Part shown: positions 1 to 9,529 of the stretch, in pieces
How positions within the stretch are numbered: the first letter of the stretch is position 1
Layout: the number at the start of each line of letters is the position of its first letter
NCBI GenBank assembly: GCA_020634625.1
Contig: JACKBJ010000001.1
Location: 153,276-217,275, forward strand
Reading direction: 5' to 3'
DNA from: Caldilineae bacterium
GTDB lineage: Bacteria; Chloroflexota; Anaerolineae; Epilineales; Epilineaceae
Length of the DNA: 64,000 bases
Program-made: the position numbers and the translations under genes
The notes under the pieces: generated by a model
Databases searched by the model: none
Seen by the model: only the letters and a program-made list of their open reading frames with translations
What the model was told of the DNA's origin: nothing

Positions 1-1
1 G

Positions 2-3000
2 ATCGAGAAGAGCGGCGGTCGCGGGATCATGGTCGACCGCGTGGGCGACATCGCGTTGAGCGACTTCTCGATCACCGACAGCGCCAGCGGCCCGGGCATC
101 GAGCTCCGCGAGGTCAGCGATGCGGTCAACAAGATCACCCTGGTCAACGGCCGGATCGAGAACAACCGCGAGGAGGCGATCCTGTCGGGCGCCAACATCG
201 AGATCGAGGCCAGCGGCAGCGTCGTCAGCGGCAACGCGGTCAACGCCATCGTGCTGACCGGCTCGCGCATCGCCGGCGACCTGACCTGGCACGGCGGTGA
301 CCTGCCGATCGTGGTCGACTCGAGTCTGAACGTCGATGCGGCCCTGACGGTCGAGCCGAACACGGTGGTCAAGTTCCGCAGCGACCGACGTCAGATGATC
401 GTCGGTCGGGGCTCGATCAACGCGGTCGGCAACGCCGCCGGACCGATCTACTTCACCTCGCTCAGCGACGACGAAGCCTGCTCGGGTGGCCAGGTCGACT
501 GCGACACGAACAACGACGGCAGCGCCACCTCGCCGTCCGCCGGCGAGTGGATCGGCATCGACGTCCGCGAGAATGCCGGTGCCAGCAGCTTCGAGCAGGT
601 CACCCTGCGCTACGGCGGTGCCGGCACCAGCGCGCCGATGCTGAACGTCGCGGCGCCGGGACTGAGCCTGCGGGACAGCGTTCTGTCCTTCTCGGCCCAG
701 GATGCGATGGCGATCGACAACGCGCCGGCGACGATCGAGCGGGTGCACTTCTTCGACAACAAGGGCAATGCCCTGGCGGTTTCGACGGCGGGCAGCACCA
801 ACGTGACGGTCCACGAAAGCCGGTTCGAGCGCAACGGTGGCGCCGCGATCCGGATCGAGCCCGACGTCCAGCTCGACCTCGCCGGCAACGCGGTCTCCGG
901 TTCGGGACTGGACGATTTCTCGAATGCGCTCAACGGGGTGGCGGTCGAGACGGGCGACATCTCGCGGCCGATCACCTGGCAGGCGGGCGATCTGCCCTGG
1001 CTCGTGATCCCGCGCAGCCTGGTCGAGGTCGACACCGGCGGCAAGCTGACGGTGGAGCCGGGCGCGGTGGTCAAGCTCGGCGAGGCCGTCCGGCTGACCG
1101 TCGGTCGGGGCCGTCTCGAGCTCGGCAGCGCGGCCGGTCCGCGCAGTCTCGTGACGGCTTTGACCGACGACGCTTGCGACGCGGCCGGAGGCACCGAGGT
1201 CTGTGACAGCAACGGCGATGGTGCCATCACCACGCCGCGCCCCGGTGTCTGGCAGTACCTCCACGTCGAGCAGCAGAGTCAGGGCGCGCAGATCGAGAAC
1301 GCCGTCATCCGCTACGGCGGCGCGCGCGGCAGCAGCCAGTCGATGCTGCTCTTGGAGCACGACAAGGACCGTCTGGCCGGCACCGAAGTCGCCTTCAGCG
1401 AAACCAACGGGATCGCCTGCGACGATGCCAACGCCTTCTACATCGTCGGCAACGACATCCACGACAACCAGCTGGCCGGCATCAAGCTCGGCGCGGTGGC
1501 CAACGGCATGACGGTCTACCTGGAAGGCAACCAGATCCACGACAACCAGGGTGCCGCGATCGACATGGATGCCAACGTCCGGCTCGAGCTCGACGACCCG
1601 GACAACCCGGCGGCGCCGGAGCCCAACAGCCTCGAGCGGAATCGCATCAACGGCGCCGCCGTCTCCGGCGACGCCACCATCAGCCGGGTCTGGAAGGCCA
1701 GCACGATTCCCTTCGTCGTCACCGGCGACCTCGAGGTCAGCCAGCAGTCGGTGCTCACGATCGAGGCTGGCACCATCGTCAAGCTCGACGGGGGCAAGCT
1801 GTCCAGCACCCGCGGCGCGATCGTCGCCCAGGGGAGCGTCGAGGCACCGGTCATCTTCACCTCGGTCAACGATCGCTCGGTCGGCACGAACGCCAAGCCC
1901 CTGGACGGCGACATCGATCCGCGTCCGGGCGACTGGGAGGGCATCGAGCTCAACTGCCTCAGCCGAAGCACCTGCAGCCGCTTCGAACACGTCGAGGTCC
2001 GCTTTGCCGGCGGTCGGGATCAGAACGTTCCGGCGCTGACGATCCAGAACGAGGCGGTCGAGGTCGGGTTCGCCCGCATCGCCGACGGCGCCGGACCGGG
2101 CCTGCTCTTCGACAACACCGGCGGGCTGCTCGAAAACAGCCGCATCGAAGGCATGTACTCCGACGCCATCCTCATCGAGGCCTCGCAGCCGATCCAGCCG
2201 CGGATCCGCGAGATGGAGATCACCGGAAATCGCGGCGCGGTGATCCGGATGGACGCCAACGCCGAGCCGATCGTCGAGGGCATGTCCTTCGACGACAACT
2301 CGATCAACGGCGCGGCGGTCGAGGGCGGCGTGTCGGTCCGCCGCCTCTGGAAGCGGAGCGCATTGCCTTACGTGCTGGTGGGCGGCGGCGTCTTCGTGGG
2401 CGCCAACGCGGCGATCGAGGTCGAGGCCGGCACGGTCATCAAGGCCGACCAGGGCGCTGGTATCGACATCCGCCGCGGTGGCACCTTCAACGCGCCACTG
2501 CGCGGCAGCGGCGATGCAGCGGTGGTCATCACCTCGCTGCGCGACGACGCCAGCTGCACCGAGGCCGCCGCGGCCGCCGACTCGGCGGTCTGCGACACCA
2601 ACAACGACGACGACGCCCTGCGCGCGCTGCCGGGCGACTGGAACGGCATCGACTACCAGCCCTCCGCCAACGGCATGTCCTTGCAGGGCGTCGAGGTCCG
2701 CTACGCCGGACGAAGCGGCGACGCCATCACCGTTCGCGAGGGACGGTCCGAGATCAAGGACAGCTTGATCGCCGACTCCAGCGGCAACGGCATCCGCGTG
2801 GCGGCCGCCGCGGCGACCATCGAAGGCAACACGATCCGCGACAACGGCAAGGACGGCCTGCGGCTCGAGAGCAACTGGACGGGCAGCTCGAGCATCCGCG
2901 GCAACCGCTTCACCGGCAACGATCGCTCGGTCGACTACGCGGGTTCGGGCGAGGCGCTCTTCTCGGCCAACGTCGCGATCGGCAACACCCACGACGCGAT

Positions 3001-5233
3001 GCTCTACTGTTCGCCGGTACAGACCAATCAGATCTGGCAGAACGACCTGATGCGCGAGATCGACTGCTCGCTCAAGGTCGCCGCGCGGCTGCAGCTGGAG
3101 CAGGGCACCGTCCTGCAGATGTCCAGCCAGAGCGGCATCGACGTCGATGGCGAGCTGGTGGCCGACGGCGTCGTCTTCACCGGCGCCAGCTCGGCCCCCG
3201 TCCCCGGCGACTGGGGGGGCATCACCTTCGGCGGAACGAGCCGTGGCGGGCGCATCCGACACAGCCTGTTGATGTACGGCGGGCGCTCGAGCACGGGCGT
3301 CGTCGACATCAAGTCGGTCAACCCGGTGAGCATCCTGTACAACCTGTTCCTGCGCACCGCCAGCACGGGCGTCTCGGCCAGCGCGGCCCAGGACGATCGA
3401 ACGGTGGTCGCCGGGAACATCCTGCAGGAGATCGGCGGCTCGCGCGCGGCCGCGCTGCGGGTCTCGGGCGCCTCGAAGCTGCGCTTCGAGCGCAATCGGG
3501 TCAATCGGGTCGAGATCGGCGTGACCTCCACCGGCGACGGCCAGCCCAAGCTGCACCAGAACAGCTTCGAGAACACGCCGGTCTTCGGTGTCGAGAACAA
3601 GGACGCCGACTTCTGCGTCGATGCCACCGGCAACTGGTGGGGCGACGGTACCGGGCCGCGCGACGAGAGCGACTCGAGCCGCGACAAGTGCGGCGCCGGC
3701 AAGGTCAACCGGGGCGCCAAGGGCGTGCCGGTCAGCGATCACGTCGACTACGGTGACTTCGTCGTCGACGGCGCGCCGCCGGTCTCGCCGCAGCTCGACA
3801 CCCTGTTCTGCGGCGTGACCAACCAGTCGCGCATGGATTTCCGGGGCGCGACCAGCCCCAACGCGCGGGTCGCCTTCTTCGACAACGATGGCGCGACGCC
3901 GATCCTGACCGTCGACGCGAACGACCAGGGCAACTTCGTGGCGGACCTGAGCCTGGCCGACGGCGAGCATGCCATCAGCGTCGAGGCCAGCCTGGAGCGC
4001 AAGGCTGGCGCGGCGACCGTCGTGCTGGCCAGTCCGCGATCCAGCTACCGCCACATCACCGTCGACTCGAGCCAACCGGTCGATCCGGCCGGCATCCGCT
4101 TCGTCTACGGACCGCCCAGCGAGCCACGGATCCAGCCCCTCCGCGGCGTGACGGGCTGCGCCACCGGTTGCGGCGGCGCGACCAGCGGTCGCGTGACCCT
4201 GCCGGCCGGCGCGCAGGTCAAGGTGCGCGTTCCGGTCGATTCGGGCGCGACGCGAGTGGTCTTCGCCCAGCCGGGCCAGCCCGAGCGCGAGATGACCAGC
4301 CGCATCGACTACTGGGAGACCGAGTCGTTCGAGCCGGTCGAGGGCAACTTCAGCATCAGCGTCGACGGCCGCGAGACCAGCGAGTGCTTCGGCTTCATCT
4401 TCCTGGGCAACGCCGGTCGCGTGTACCTGGATGCCGGCATCGGAGCTGAGCCCGACTTCCGGTTCGACTTCGAGAACAACGACATGAGCGAGTGGATTCG
4501 GACCGGCTCGGCCTGGGGGCTGACCGATTCGAAGGCCCACGAGAGCCGCTACAGCCTGACCGACAGCCCGACCGGCAACTACGGCCCGGGCGTGGACCAG
4601 TCGGTTGCCTACGTTCGCAGCTTCAACATGTTGTCGATCGCGTCGCCCGAGCTGACCTTCTGGCACACCTACCGCTTCGCCTCGGGCGACAGCGGCTCGG
4701 TCGAGGTCAGCACCAACAACACCAGCTGGACCTCGATCGCCCGCTTCAACTCCACCCGCGGCGACTGGGTGGCGGAGAAGATCTCGCTCGAAGCCTATGC
4801 CAAGGAACCGATCCTGCACTTGCGCTTCCGCTTCCGCAGCGACGGCAATCCGAACACGGTCGATGACGGCTGGTACATCGACGACATCGCCATCGGTCCC
4901 GGCGGCGCCGACAACGGTCGCTACGACGAGGGCGAGCCCCTGGTCGAGGACTCCCGGGTCACGTTGCTCCAGCGCAACCCGGACACCGGTGCCTGGCGCG
5001 AGTGGGAAGGCGGCCCGACCGGCCAGACCAACCCCCAGACGACCGACGCCAGCGGCACCTACGGCTTCTACAACCTTCCGCCGGGCGAGTACCGGGTGAT
5101 GGTCGACAGCCAGAACCTCGGCGTGGTCGCCTCGGACATCCTGCCGGTCTGGGATGGGACGCTGTCGATCGACATCCCGGTGGTCGGCCGCGAACCGATC
5201 TTCTTCCCGATCAGCTACAAGGCGCGCCCATGA
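2..5233 (+). CDS. Giant secreted parallel beta-helix repeat protein (5' partial) with C-terminal MAM/choice-of-anchor-like and carboxypeptidase-regulatory-like domains
   Basis: ORF track 29..5233 (1734 aa). The same frame stays open back to nt 2 (IEKSGGRGI precedes the Met), so the true N-terminus is probably upstream of the window. There are five repeats of a module: W..GDLP..V, then LTVEPGxVVK, then FTSLxDD..C..CDxNxDG..PGDWxGI. NosD/CASH-like turns (NxIxDNxxxGI) are present. C-terminal motifs are WYIDDIAIG and GTYGFYNLPPGEYRV. G/C third-position bias is strong. Confidence 0.85.
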   Translation: MEKSGGRGIMVDRVGDIALSDFSITDSASGPGIELREVSDAVNKITLVNGRIENNREEAILSGANIEIEASGSVVSGNAVNAIVLTGSRIAGDLTWHGGDLPIVVDSSLNVDAALTVEPNTVVKFRSDRRQMIVGRGSINAVGNAAGPIYFTSLSDDEACSGGQVDCDTNNDGSATSPSAGEWIGIDVRENAGASSFEQVTLRYGGAGTSAPMLNVAAPGLSLRDSVLSFSAQDAMAIDNAPATIERVHFFDNKGNALAVSTAGSTNVTVHESRFERNGGAAIRIEPDVQLDLAGNAVSGSGLDDFSNALNGVAVETGDISRPITWQAGDLPWLVIPRSLVEVDTGGKLTVEPGAVVKLGEAVRLTVGRGRLELGSAAGPRSLVTALTDDACDAAGGTEVCDSNGDGAITTPRPGVWQYLHVEQQSQGAQIENAVIRYGGARGSSQSMLLLEHDKDRLAGTEVAFSETNGIACDDANAFYIVGNDIHDNQLAGIKLGAVANGMTVYLEGNQIHDNQGAAIDMDANVRLELDDPDNPAAPEPNSLERNRINGAAVSGDATISRVWKASTIPFVVTGDLEVSQQSVLTIEAGTIVKLDGGKLSSTRGAIVAQGSVEAPVIFTSVNDRSVGTNAKPLDGDIDPRPGDWEGIELNCLSRSTCSRFEHVEVRFAGGRDQNVPALTIQNEAVEVGFARIADGAGPGLLFDNTGGLLENSRIEGMYSDAILIEASQPIQPRIREMEITGNRGAVIRMDANAEPIVEGMSFDDNSINGAAVEGGVSVRRLWKRSALPYVLVGGGVFVGANAAIEVEAGTVIKADQGAGIDIRRGGTFNAPLRGSGDAAVVITSLRDDASCTEAAAAADSAVCDTNNDDDALRALPGDWNGIDYQPSANGMSLQGVEVRYAGRSGDAITVREGRSEIKDSLIADSSGNGIRVAAAAATIEGNTIRDNGKDGLRLESNWTGSSSIRGNRFTGNDRSVDYAGSGEALFSANVAIGNTHDAMLYCSPVQTNQIWQNDLMREIDCSLKVAARLQLEQGTVLQMSSQSGIDVDGELVADGVVFTGASSAPVPGDWGGITFGGTSRGGRIRHSLLMYGGRSSTGVVDIKSVNPVSILYNLFLRTASTGVSASAAQDDRTVVAGNILQEIGGSRAAALRVSGASKLRFERNRVNRVEIGVTSTGDGQPKLHQNSFENTPVFGVENKDADFCVDATGNWWGDGTGPRDESDSSRDKCGAGKVNRGAKGVPVSDHVDYGDFVVDGAPPVSPQLDTLFCGVTNQSRMDFRGATSPNARVAFFDNDGATPILTVDANDQGNFVADLSLADGEHAISVEASLERKAGAATVVLASPRSSYRHITVDSSQPVDPAGIRFVYGPPSEPRIQPLRGVTGCATGCGGATSGRVTLPAGAQVKVRVPVDSGATRVVFAQPGQPEREMTSRIDYWETESFEPVEGNFSISVDGRETSECFGFIFLGNAGRVYLDAGIGAEPDFRFDFENNDMSEWIRTGSAWGLTDSKAHESRYSLTDSPTGNYGPGVDQSVAYVRSFNMLSIASPELTFWHTYRFASGDSGSVEVSTNNTSWTSIARFNSTRGDWVAEKISLEAYAKEPILHLRFRFRSDGNPNTVDDGWYIDDIAIGPGGADNGRYDEGEPLVEDSRVTLLQRNPDTGAWREWEGGPTGQTNPQTTDASGTYGFYNLPPGEYRVMVDSQNLGVVASDILPVWDGTLSIDIPVVGREPIFFPISYKARP

Positions 5234-5282
5234 GCCGGTCGAGGCCTCGGCCTCGCGCGGCGTAGACGTCCCGACCGTAGAA

Positions 5283-5313
5283 GCGGGCCCGGCCGAAGTT
5301 CGGCCGGGCCCGC
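5283..5313 (+). terminator. GC-rich hairpin downstream of the beta-helix protein gene (putative intrinsic terminator)
   Basis: Perfect inverted repeat GCGGGCCCGGCCGA / TCGGCCGGGCCCGC around a 3-nt loop, 50 nt after the stop at 5233. The trailing sequence CTTGGCGTT is only a weak U-tract. Confidence 0.45.
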
Positions 5314-5658
5314 TTGGCGTTGCGGCTCCGCCGACTTGACGATGGCCGGTCGGTCAAAGGTCTCGCAGTGAAGCCCACGGGGTGCTCGGCCGGGCTCGGC
5401 GCTCACCATCTTCTTCCGGCAGCGGCAGGCACGGCGATCCCGGAGCGAAGCTACTGCCAGCGACAGCGCATGCCCGAGATCGCCCCTTCACAGGCCTGCA
5501 GGCCCAAGCGCGCTTCGCCTGCCCCACGATCTCCCGAGGCGCGGCGGCTTGGCCGTCGAGCCCTGGCCCGACCGAGAGCGGTTCACAGGGTCGGAAGCCT
5601 GCTCGGTGGATCCGCCGCTGGCCAGGTCGGCTCGACGCCGCCTACTAGCCTCGCTGCG

Positions 5659-6687
5659 CTAGAAGCCGCTGATCGAGAAGCAGCGACGCGTGATCGGGAA
5701 GGGAGCCTGGCGCCCGCAGGCGTCGGTCACGAAGCTCACGCAGAGCTCCGAACGACCGAAGGGCGACGGGTACTTCTCGAGCTTCACGGAACCGTCGATC
5801 GCGACGGCGTGGCCGCCCTCGATCTGCAGGTCGGGTCGTCGATCGCTGCCGAACTGATCGGCGCCCGATCGGCTGTCCTGCGCGGTGACCAGGAGGTTGC
5901 GCACGCCCACCGGGAAGCCGGCCTCGTTGGTGATGCGCGCGCGGTAACGCACGGCCTGCGGATCGCTCTCGCGATCCACCCGGGCATCCTCGATGCGCAA
6001 GGTCATGCGGATCGCATCCGGATCGCCGCAGAATGGCGTCGGAGCTGGCGGCTCGGTCGGCTGAGCCGGAGGGGCCGGCGTCACGCTGGGCAAGAGCAGC
6101 TCGATGGTCGGCGCAGGCCTCACCGGCTCGAGCGGAGCCCGAGTCACGACGCGCTGTACGCTCGGCGCAGGCGCCGCGATCACCGACTCGACCGCATCCT
6201 GCACCGCCGCGCCGAGGGGCTCCGCGATCGGCGCCGGAACGGGATCGCTGCGCGGCTCGGCCAGGCCGACGCGCGGCGGGTCGCTGGCGGGTGGAGCCCC
6301 TGCATCGGCATCCGCATCCCGCTCCAGAAGCTCGACCGGGTCCGGCTCCGGCTCGCCGAGCGACGAGCCGACCTGGGCCGGAGATGCAGGCCCATCGCCC
6401 ACTCCGAGACGTGCGGACGAGGGCGTCGTCAGCTCCGGGTGGCCGATTCGCTTGACCTCGACGGGCACACGGGGCGCGTTCGCATCGAGGTCGGCGAATC
6501 CGAGCGCGTCGCGCCGGGCATCCAATCCGCCGTAGGCGATCCCGACCAGGCAGACCAGGCCGGTCATGGCCGCCCAAGCGTCGATCTGGCGCCGTCTGAC
6601 CGTCGCATAGTCCAGCTGGTCGGTCAGCAACAGGTACGCCAGCAAGGTAAGCACGGCGCTGATCAGGGCCAGCAGGGCTGCGTTCAT
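5659..6687 (-). CDS. Hypothetical membrane-anchored protein with Pro/Ala-rich linker and C-terminal beta-rich domain
   Basis: 342 aa. N-terminal hydrophobic helices (ALLALISAVLTLLAYLLL, GLVCLVGIAYGG) are followed by a long PAPxxP-type linker and a structured-looking C-terminus. G/C third-position bias is good in this frame. The competing ORFs over this span (5314..6720 + and 5645..9511 -) translate to Arg/Gly/Pro-rich nonsense. Confidence 0.65.
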   Translation of the reverse strand: MNAALLALISAVLTLLAYLLLTDQLDYATVRRRQIDAWAAMTGLVCLVGIAYGGLDARRDALGFADLDANAPRVPVEVKRIGHPELTTPSSARLGVGDGPASPAQVGSSLGEPEPDPVELLERDADADAGAPPASDPPRVGLAEPRSDPVPAPIAEPLGAAVQDAVESVIAAPAPSVQRVVTRAPLEPVRPAPTIELLLPSVTPAPPAQPTEPPAPTPFCGDPDAIRMTLRIEDARVDRESDPQAVRYRARITNEAGFPVGVRNLLVTAQDSRSGADQFGSDRRPDLQIEGGHAVAIDGSVKLEKYPSPFGRSELCVSFVTDACGRQAPFPITRRCFSISGF

Positions 6688-6867
6688 GGATCGATCTTAC
6701 CAGAACCGGCGCTTCGATAGCAAGCCGATCCAGGATCAGGGTTCGGGCAGCGCTGGCGCTGCCCGTGCCTGGCCGGTCTTCGCGACGACCATCCAACGCG
6801 GCTCGACGGCACTCGGAGCCGCGTGGTCGATCCTTCGGTCGCGCGGATGTCGGCGATCGCCCGCACC

Positions 6868-6937
6868 GGTCGCTTCGTCGGCGACGCGGTCGCCGCGTCA
6901 TCGACACGGTCGCCTCGTCGGCGACACGGTCGCCGCG
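6868..6937. repeat. Two 30-nt near-identical copies (28/30) spaced 40 bp apart, each containing nested inverted repeats
   Basis: Copy 1, 6868..6897: GGTCGCTTCGTCGGCGACGCGGTCGCCGCG. Copy 2, 6908..6937: GGTCGCCTCGTCGGCGACACGGTCGCCGCG. Each holds GTCGCC-N5-GGCGAC and GGCGAC-N3-GTCGCC palindromes. The repeat lies in the divergent intergenic region 6688..7162. Confidence 0.8.
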
Positions 6938-7077
6938 CTCGAAGCGATCGGGGGCCGATCGCTCGCCACCTGCAGCCCGCGGGACACCCGGTGGGTGGCG
7001 ATGACCGGCGAGCTGGGTGGCGCGTCCCGAGCGCGGCGACCGGCCTCCCGTCGGGCCTAGCGACGCCCGAACTCGAT

Positions 7078-7107
7078 CTGGCACGGTCGCCTTAATGTTG
7101 CTATAAT
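7078..7107 (+). promoter_or_regulatory. Sigma-70-like promoter candidate for the PBP gene
   Basis: CTGGCA, 18-nt spacer, then a perfect TATAAT at 7102..7107, inside a conspicuous AT-rich patch (TTAATGTTGCTATAATCC) in otherwise GC-rich DNA. It sits about 56 nt upstream of the ATG at 7163. Confidence 0.5.
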
Positions 7108-7162
7108 CCAGTGCCAGACCGTACCGGCAGCCTGCTGCCGAGTCAGCCATCGGGGTGGCAAC

Positions 7163-9379
7163 ATGCGCGTCGGTTCCAGTCGTGGCGGAGGTCGGTTGGC
7201 CTGGGGCTTCGCCCTGGCCCTGTTGTGCCTGTCCCCGAGTGGATGTGTGCCCGCGCCCGGCGAGAAGCTGCCCGATCTGGACGCGTATCGCGCCCGGCTC
7301 GCGGCGATCTCGACCCGCGAGCTGCCACAGACCAGCTGGATCCTCGACCGCAACGGGACGCTTCTGGCCGAGCTGGTGCCCGAGGAGGGCTATCGAACCT
7401 GGATCCCGCTCGACGAGATCCCGGTGGCGCTGCAGCACGCGGTCGTGGCGACCGAGGACCGGAGCTTCTACGAGAACCCGGGAATCGACAGTCGGGCCGT
7501 CGCGCGCGCGGCCATCCAGAACTCGTCCGCGGGCGACACCGTATCGGGCGCATCGACCATCACGATGCAGCTGGTGCGACTGGTCGCATTCGGGCCCAGC
7601 GAGCGCTTCGAGGTTTCGATGGAGCGCAAGCTGCGTGAAGTCTATCTGGCCGCCGAGGTGGACGAGACCTTCAGCAAGGCGCAGATCCTCGAGGCCTATC
7701 TCAACGCCGCCTACTTCGGCAACCGAGCGCAGGGCGTCGAAGCGGCGGCCGAACGCTACTTCGGGCGGCACGCGCGCGAGCTGAGCGTGGCGGAGTGCAC
7801 CATGCTCGCCGGCCTGGTCCAGGCTCCCTCGGCGCTGGATCCGCGGGGCAACCCGCAGGGCGCGCGGGCACGCCAGCGCACGGTGCTCGACAGCATGGTC
7901 GATGCCGGCTACCTGCAACGCAGCGAGGCCGAGATCATCTGGATGACACCGCTGGGCCTGGTCGATCCGCCGGAGCAGCGCTCCCGCCAGGCGCGCTACT
8001 TCGTCGACTACGTGCTGCAGTCGGCGCTCCCGGCGGCCCTCGGTCCGGAAATCGCGGCCCGAGGCGGCTTCACCGTGACCACCAGCCTGGACCTCGACTA
8101 CGACCAGCGCCTGGCGGTGATCGCCGCCGATCACGTGAGCCGGCTGCGGGCGGCACACGACCTGACCGCCGCCGCGGTGGTGGCCATGCGGCCGGGGAGC
8201 GGCGAGATCCTGGCCATGGTGGGCGGCGTCGACTACGACGACCCGGTCGACGGGCAAGTCAACATGACCACCTCGCCACGGCAGCTGGGATCGACCTTCA
8301 AGCCGGTCGCATACGGCGCCTTCATCGAGGCCGGCGGCTCTCCCGCCAGCCTGCTCTGGGACATTCCGTGGCGCTTCCAACGCGGCGCAGAGGTCTACCA
8401 GCCAGTCAATTACGATGGCCGCTATCGCGGTCCGGTCCGCCTGCGCGAGGCCCTGGCCAACTCGATGAATGCCGCTGCCGTGGATGTCGCCGCGCAGCTC
8501 GGGGTCGAGACCCTGCATGCCAAGGCGCGAGCGATGGGCTTGCCGCTGGACCCGCGTCCCAGCCAGTACGGCCTCTCGTTGGTGCTTGGCGGCGGCGCGG
8601 TGCCCTTGCTCGACATGGTCGGGGTCTACGCGGCGCTGGCGAACGGGGGCCGCCACGCGGCGCCGACGGCCATCCTGTCGATCGTCGATGCGGCCAGCGG
8701 CGGCACGATCTATCGCCACGAGACGGAGAGTCGAAGGGTCCTGGACGCACGCGCCGCCTGGCTGGTCACGGACATCCTCTCCGACGCCGAGGCCAGGCGG
8801 CCGGCCTTCGGCGCGGCTCCCGACCTGCGCCTGTCTCGTCCGGCGGCCGTGAAGACCGGTACCTCCAACGACTTCCGAGACAACACGACCATCGGCTACA
8901 CCCCGTACCTGGCCGTCGGCGTATGGACCGGCAATCGAGACAATCGCCCGATGCGAAACGTGCTGGGCATCACCGGTGCGGCGCCCATCTGGAAGGCTGC
9001 GATGGAGGCGGCCATCGCCGACCCCGAGCTGATGCTCGATCTCGGTAGCGGCCAGCCGCCGGTGGACGGCTTCGAGAAGCCCCCTGGCATCGAGCAGGTC
9101 CAAGTCTGCCGACTGGACAGCCTCGGATCCGGCGGAAGCTGCGCGAGCGTCGGCGAGTGGGTCGATGCGAGCCGCTACCGACCCGACCCCGAGGCCGTGT
9201 TCGGCCAGTTCCAGCTGAGCGGCAGCGGCGCCGCTCGCTGCAGCCTGGAAGCTGGCGGGTCCGGCGGCCGCCCGCTGCTGCGCGTCGATCGCAGCAGCGA
9301 CATGGCCGCGACCGTCCGCGACTGGGCCGCGAAGCACGGCGTTGCCGTCGCGCCGCCCCTTTGCCTCGGCGTGCAGTAG
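7163..9379 (+). CDS. Class A penicillin-binding protein (bifunctional GT51 glycosyltransferase / D,D-transpeptidase)
   Basis: 738 aa. GT51 motifs: ATEDRSFYENPGID, GASTITMQLVR, SKAQILEAYLN. Transpeptidase motifs: SxxK (GSTFKP), SxN (NSMN), KTG (KTGTSND). There is an N-terminal hydrophobic anchor. Confidence 0.95.
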   Translation: MRVGSSRGGGRLAWGFALALLCLSPSGCVPAPGEKLPDLDAYRARLAAISTRELPQTSWILDRNGTLLAELVPEEGYRTWIPLDEIPVALQHAVVATEDRSFYENPGIDSRAVARAAIQNSSAGDTVSGASTITMQLVRLVAFGPSERFEVSMERKLREVYLAAEVDETFSKAQILEAYLNAAYFGNRAQGVEAAAERYFGRHARELSVAECTMLAGLVQAPSALDPRGNPQGARARQRTVLDSMVDAGYLQRSEAEIIWMTPLGLVDPPEQRSRQARYFVDYVLQSALPAALGPEIAARGGFTVTTSLDLDYDQRLAVIAADHVSRLRAAHDLTAAAVVAMRPGSGEILAMVGGVDYDDPVDGQVNMTTSPRQLGSTFKPVAYGAFIEAGGSPASLLWDIPWRFQRGAEVYQPVNYDGRYRGPVRLREALANSMNAAAVDVAAQLGVETLHAKARAMGLPLDPRPSQYGLSLVLGGGAVPLLDMVGVYAALANGGRHAAPTAILSIVDAASGGTIYRHETESRRVLDARAAWLVTDILSDAEARRPAFGAAPDLRLSRPAAVKTGTSNDFRDNTTIGYTPYLAVGVWTGNRDNRPMRNVLGITGAAPIWKAAMEAAIADPELMLDLGSGQPPVDGFEKPPGIEQVQVCRLDSLGSGGSCASVGEWVDASRYRPDPEAVFGQFQLSGSGAARCSLEAGGSGGRPLLRVDRSSDMAATVRDWAAKHGVAVAPPLCLGVQ

Positions 9380-9529
9380 CCAGGACGGCGGTAAACGCGA
9401 TCGAGCCGAGGCCCGCGCGTTCGAGCGCCCTTGCCGCCGCCGCAACCCGGGCCGCCGATTCCGCGTAGGCTGTGGCTGGCCATCGAGGCCGAATGATCGA
9501 TGTCGTATCACCGTCTGGAGGTGTCAGTC

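Noticed and set aside
6868-6937. Possible CRISPR-like array from the 40-bp-period repeats
   Set aside because: There are only two copies, the spacers between them are about 10 nt, no cas genes are in the window, and the repeats are themselves palindromic operator-like units. This is not a CRISPR array.
5645-9511. 1288-aa minus-strand ORF, the second-longest in the track
   Set aside because: It is antisense to the well-supported class A PBP gene and overlaps the 342-aa membrane protein in another frame. Its translation is Arg/Gly/Pro/Ala-rich low-complexity sequence with no motifs. This is a typical shadow ORF of high-GC DNA.
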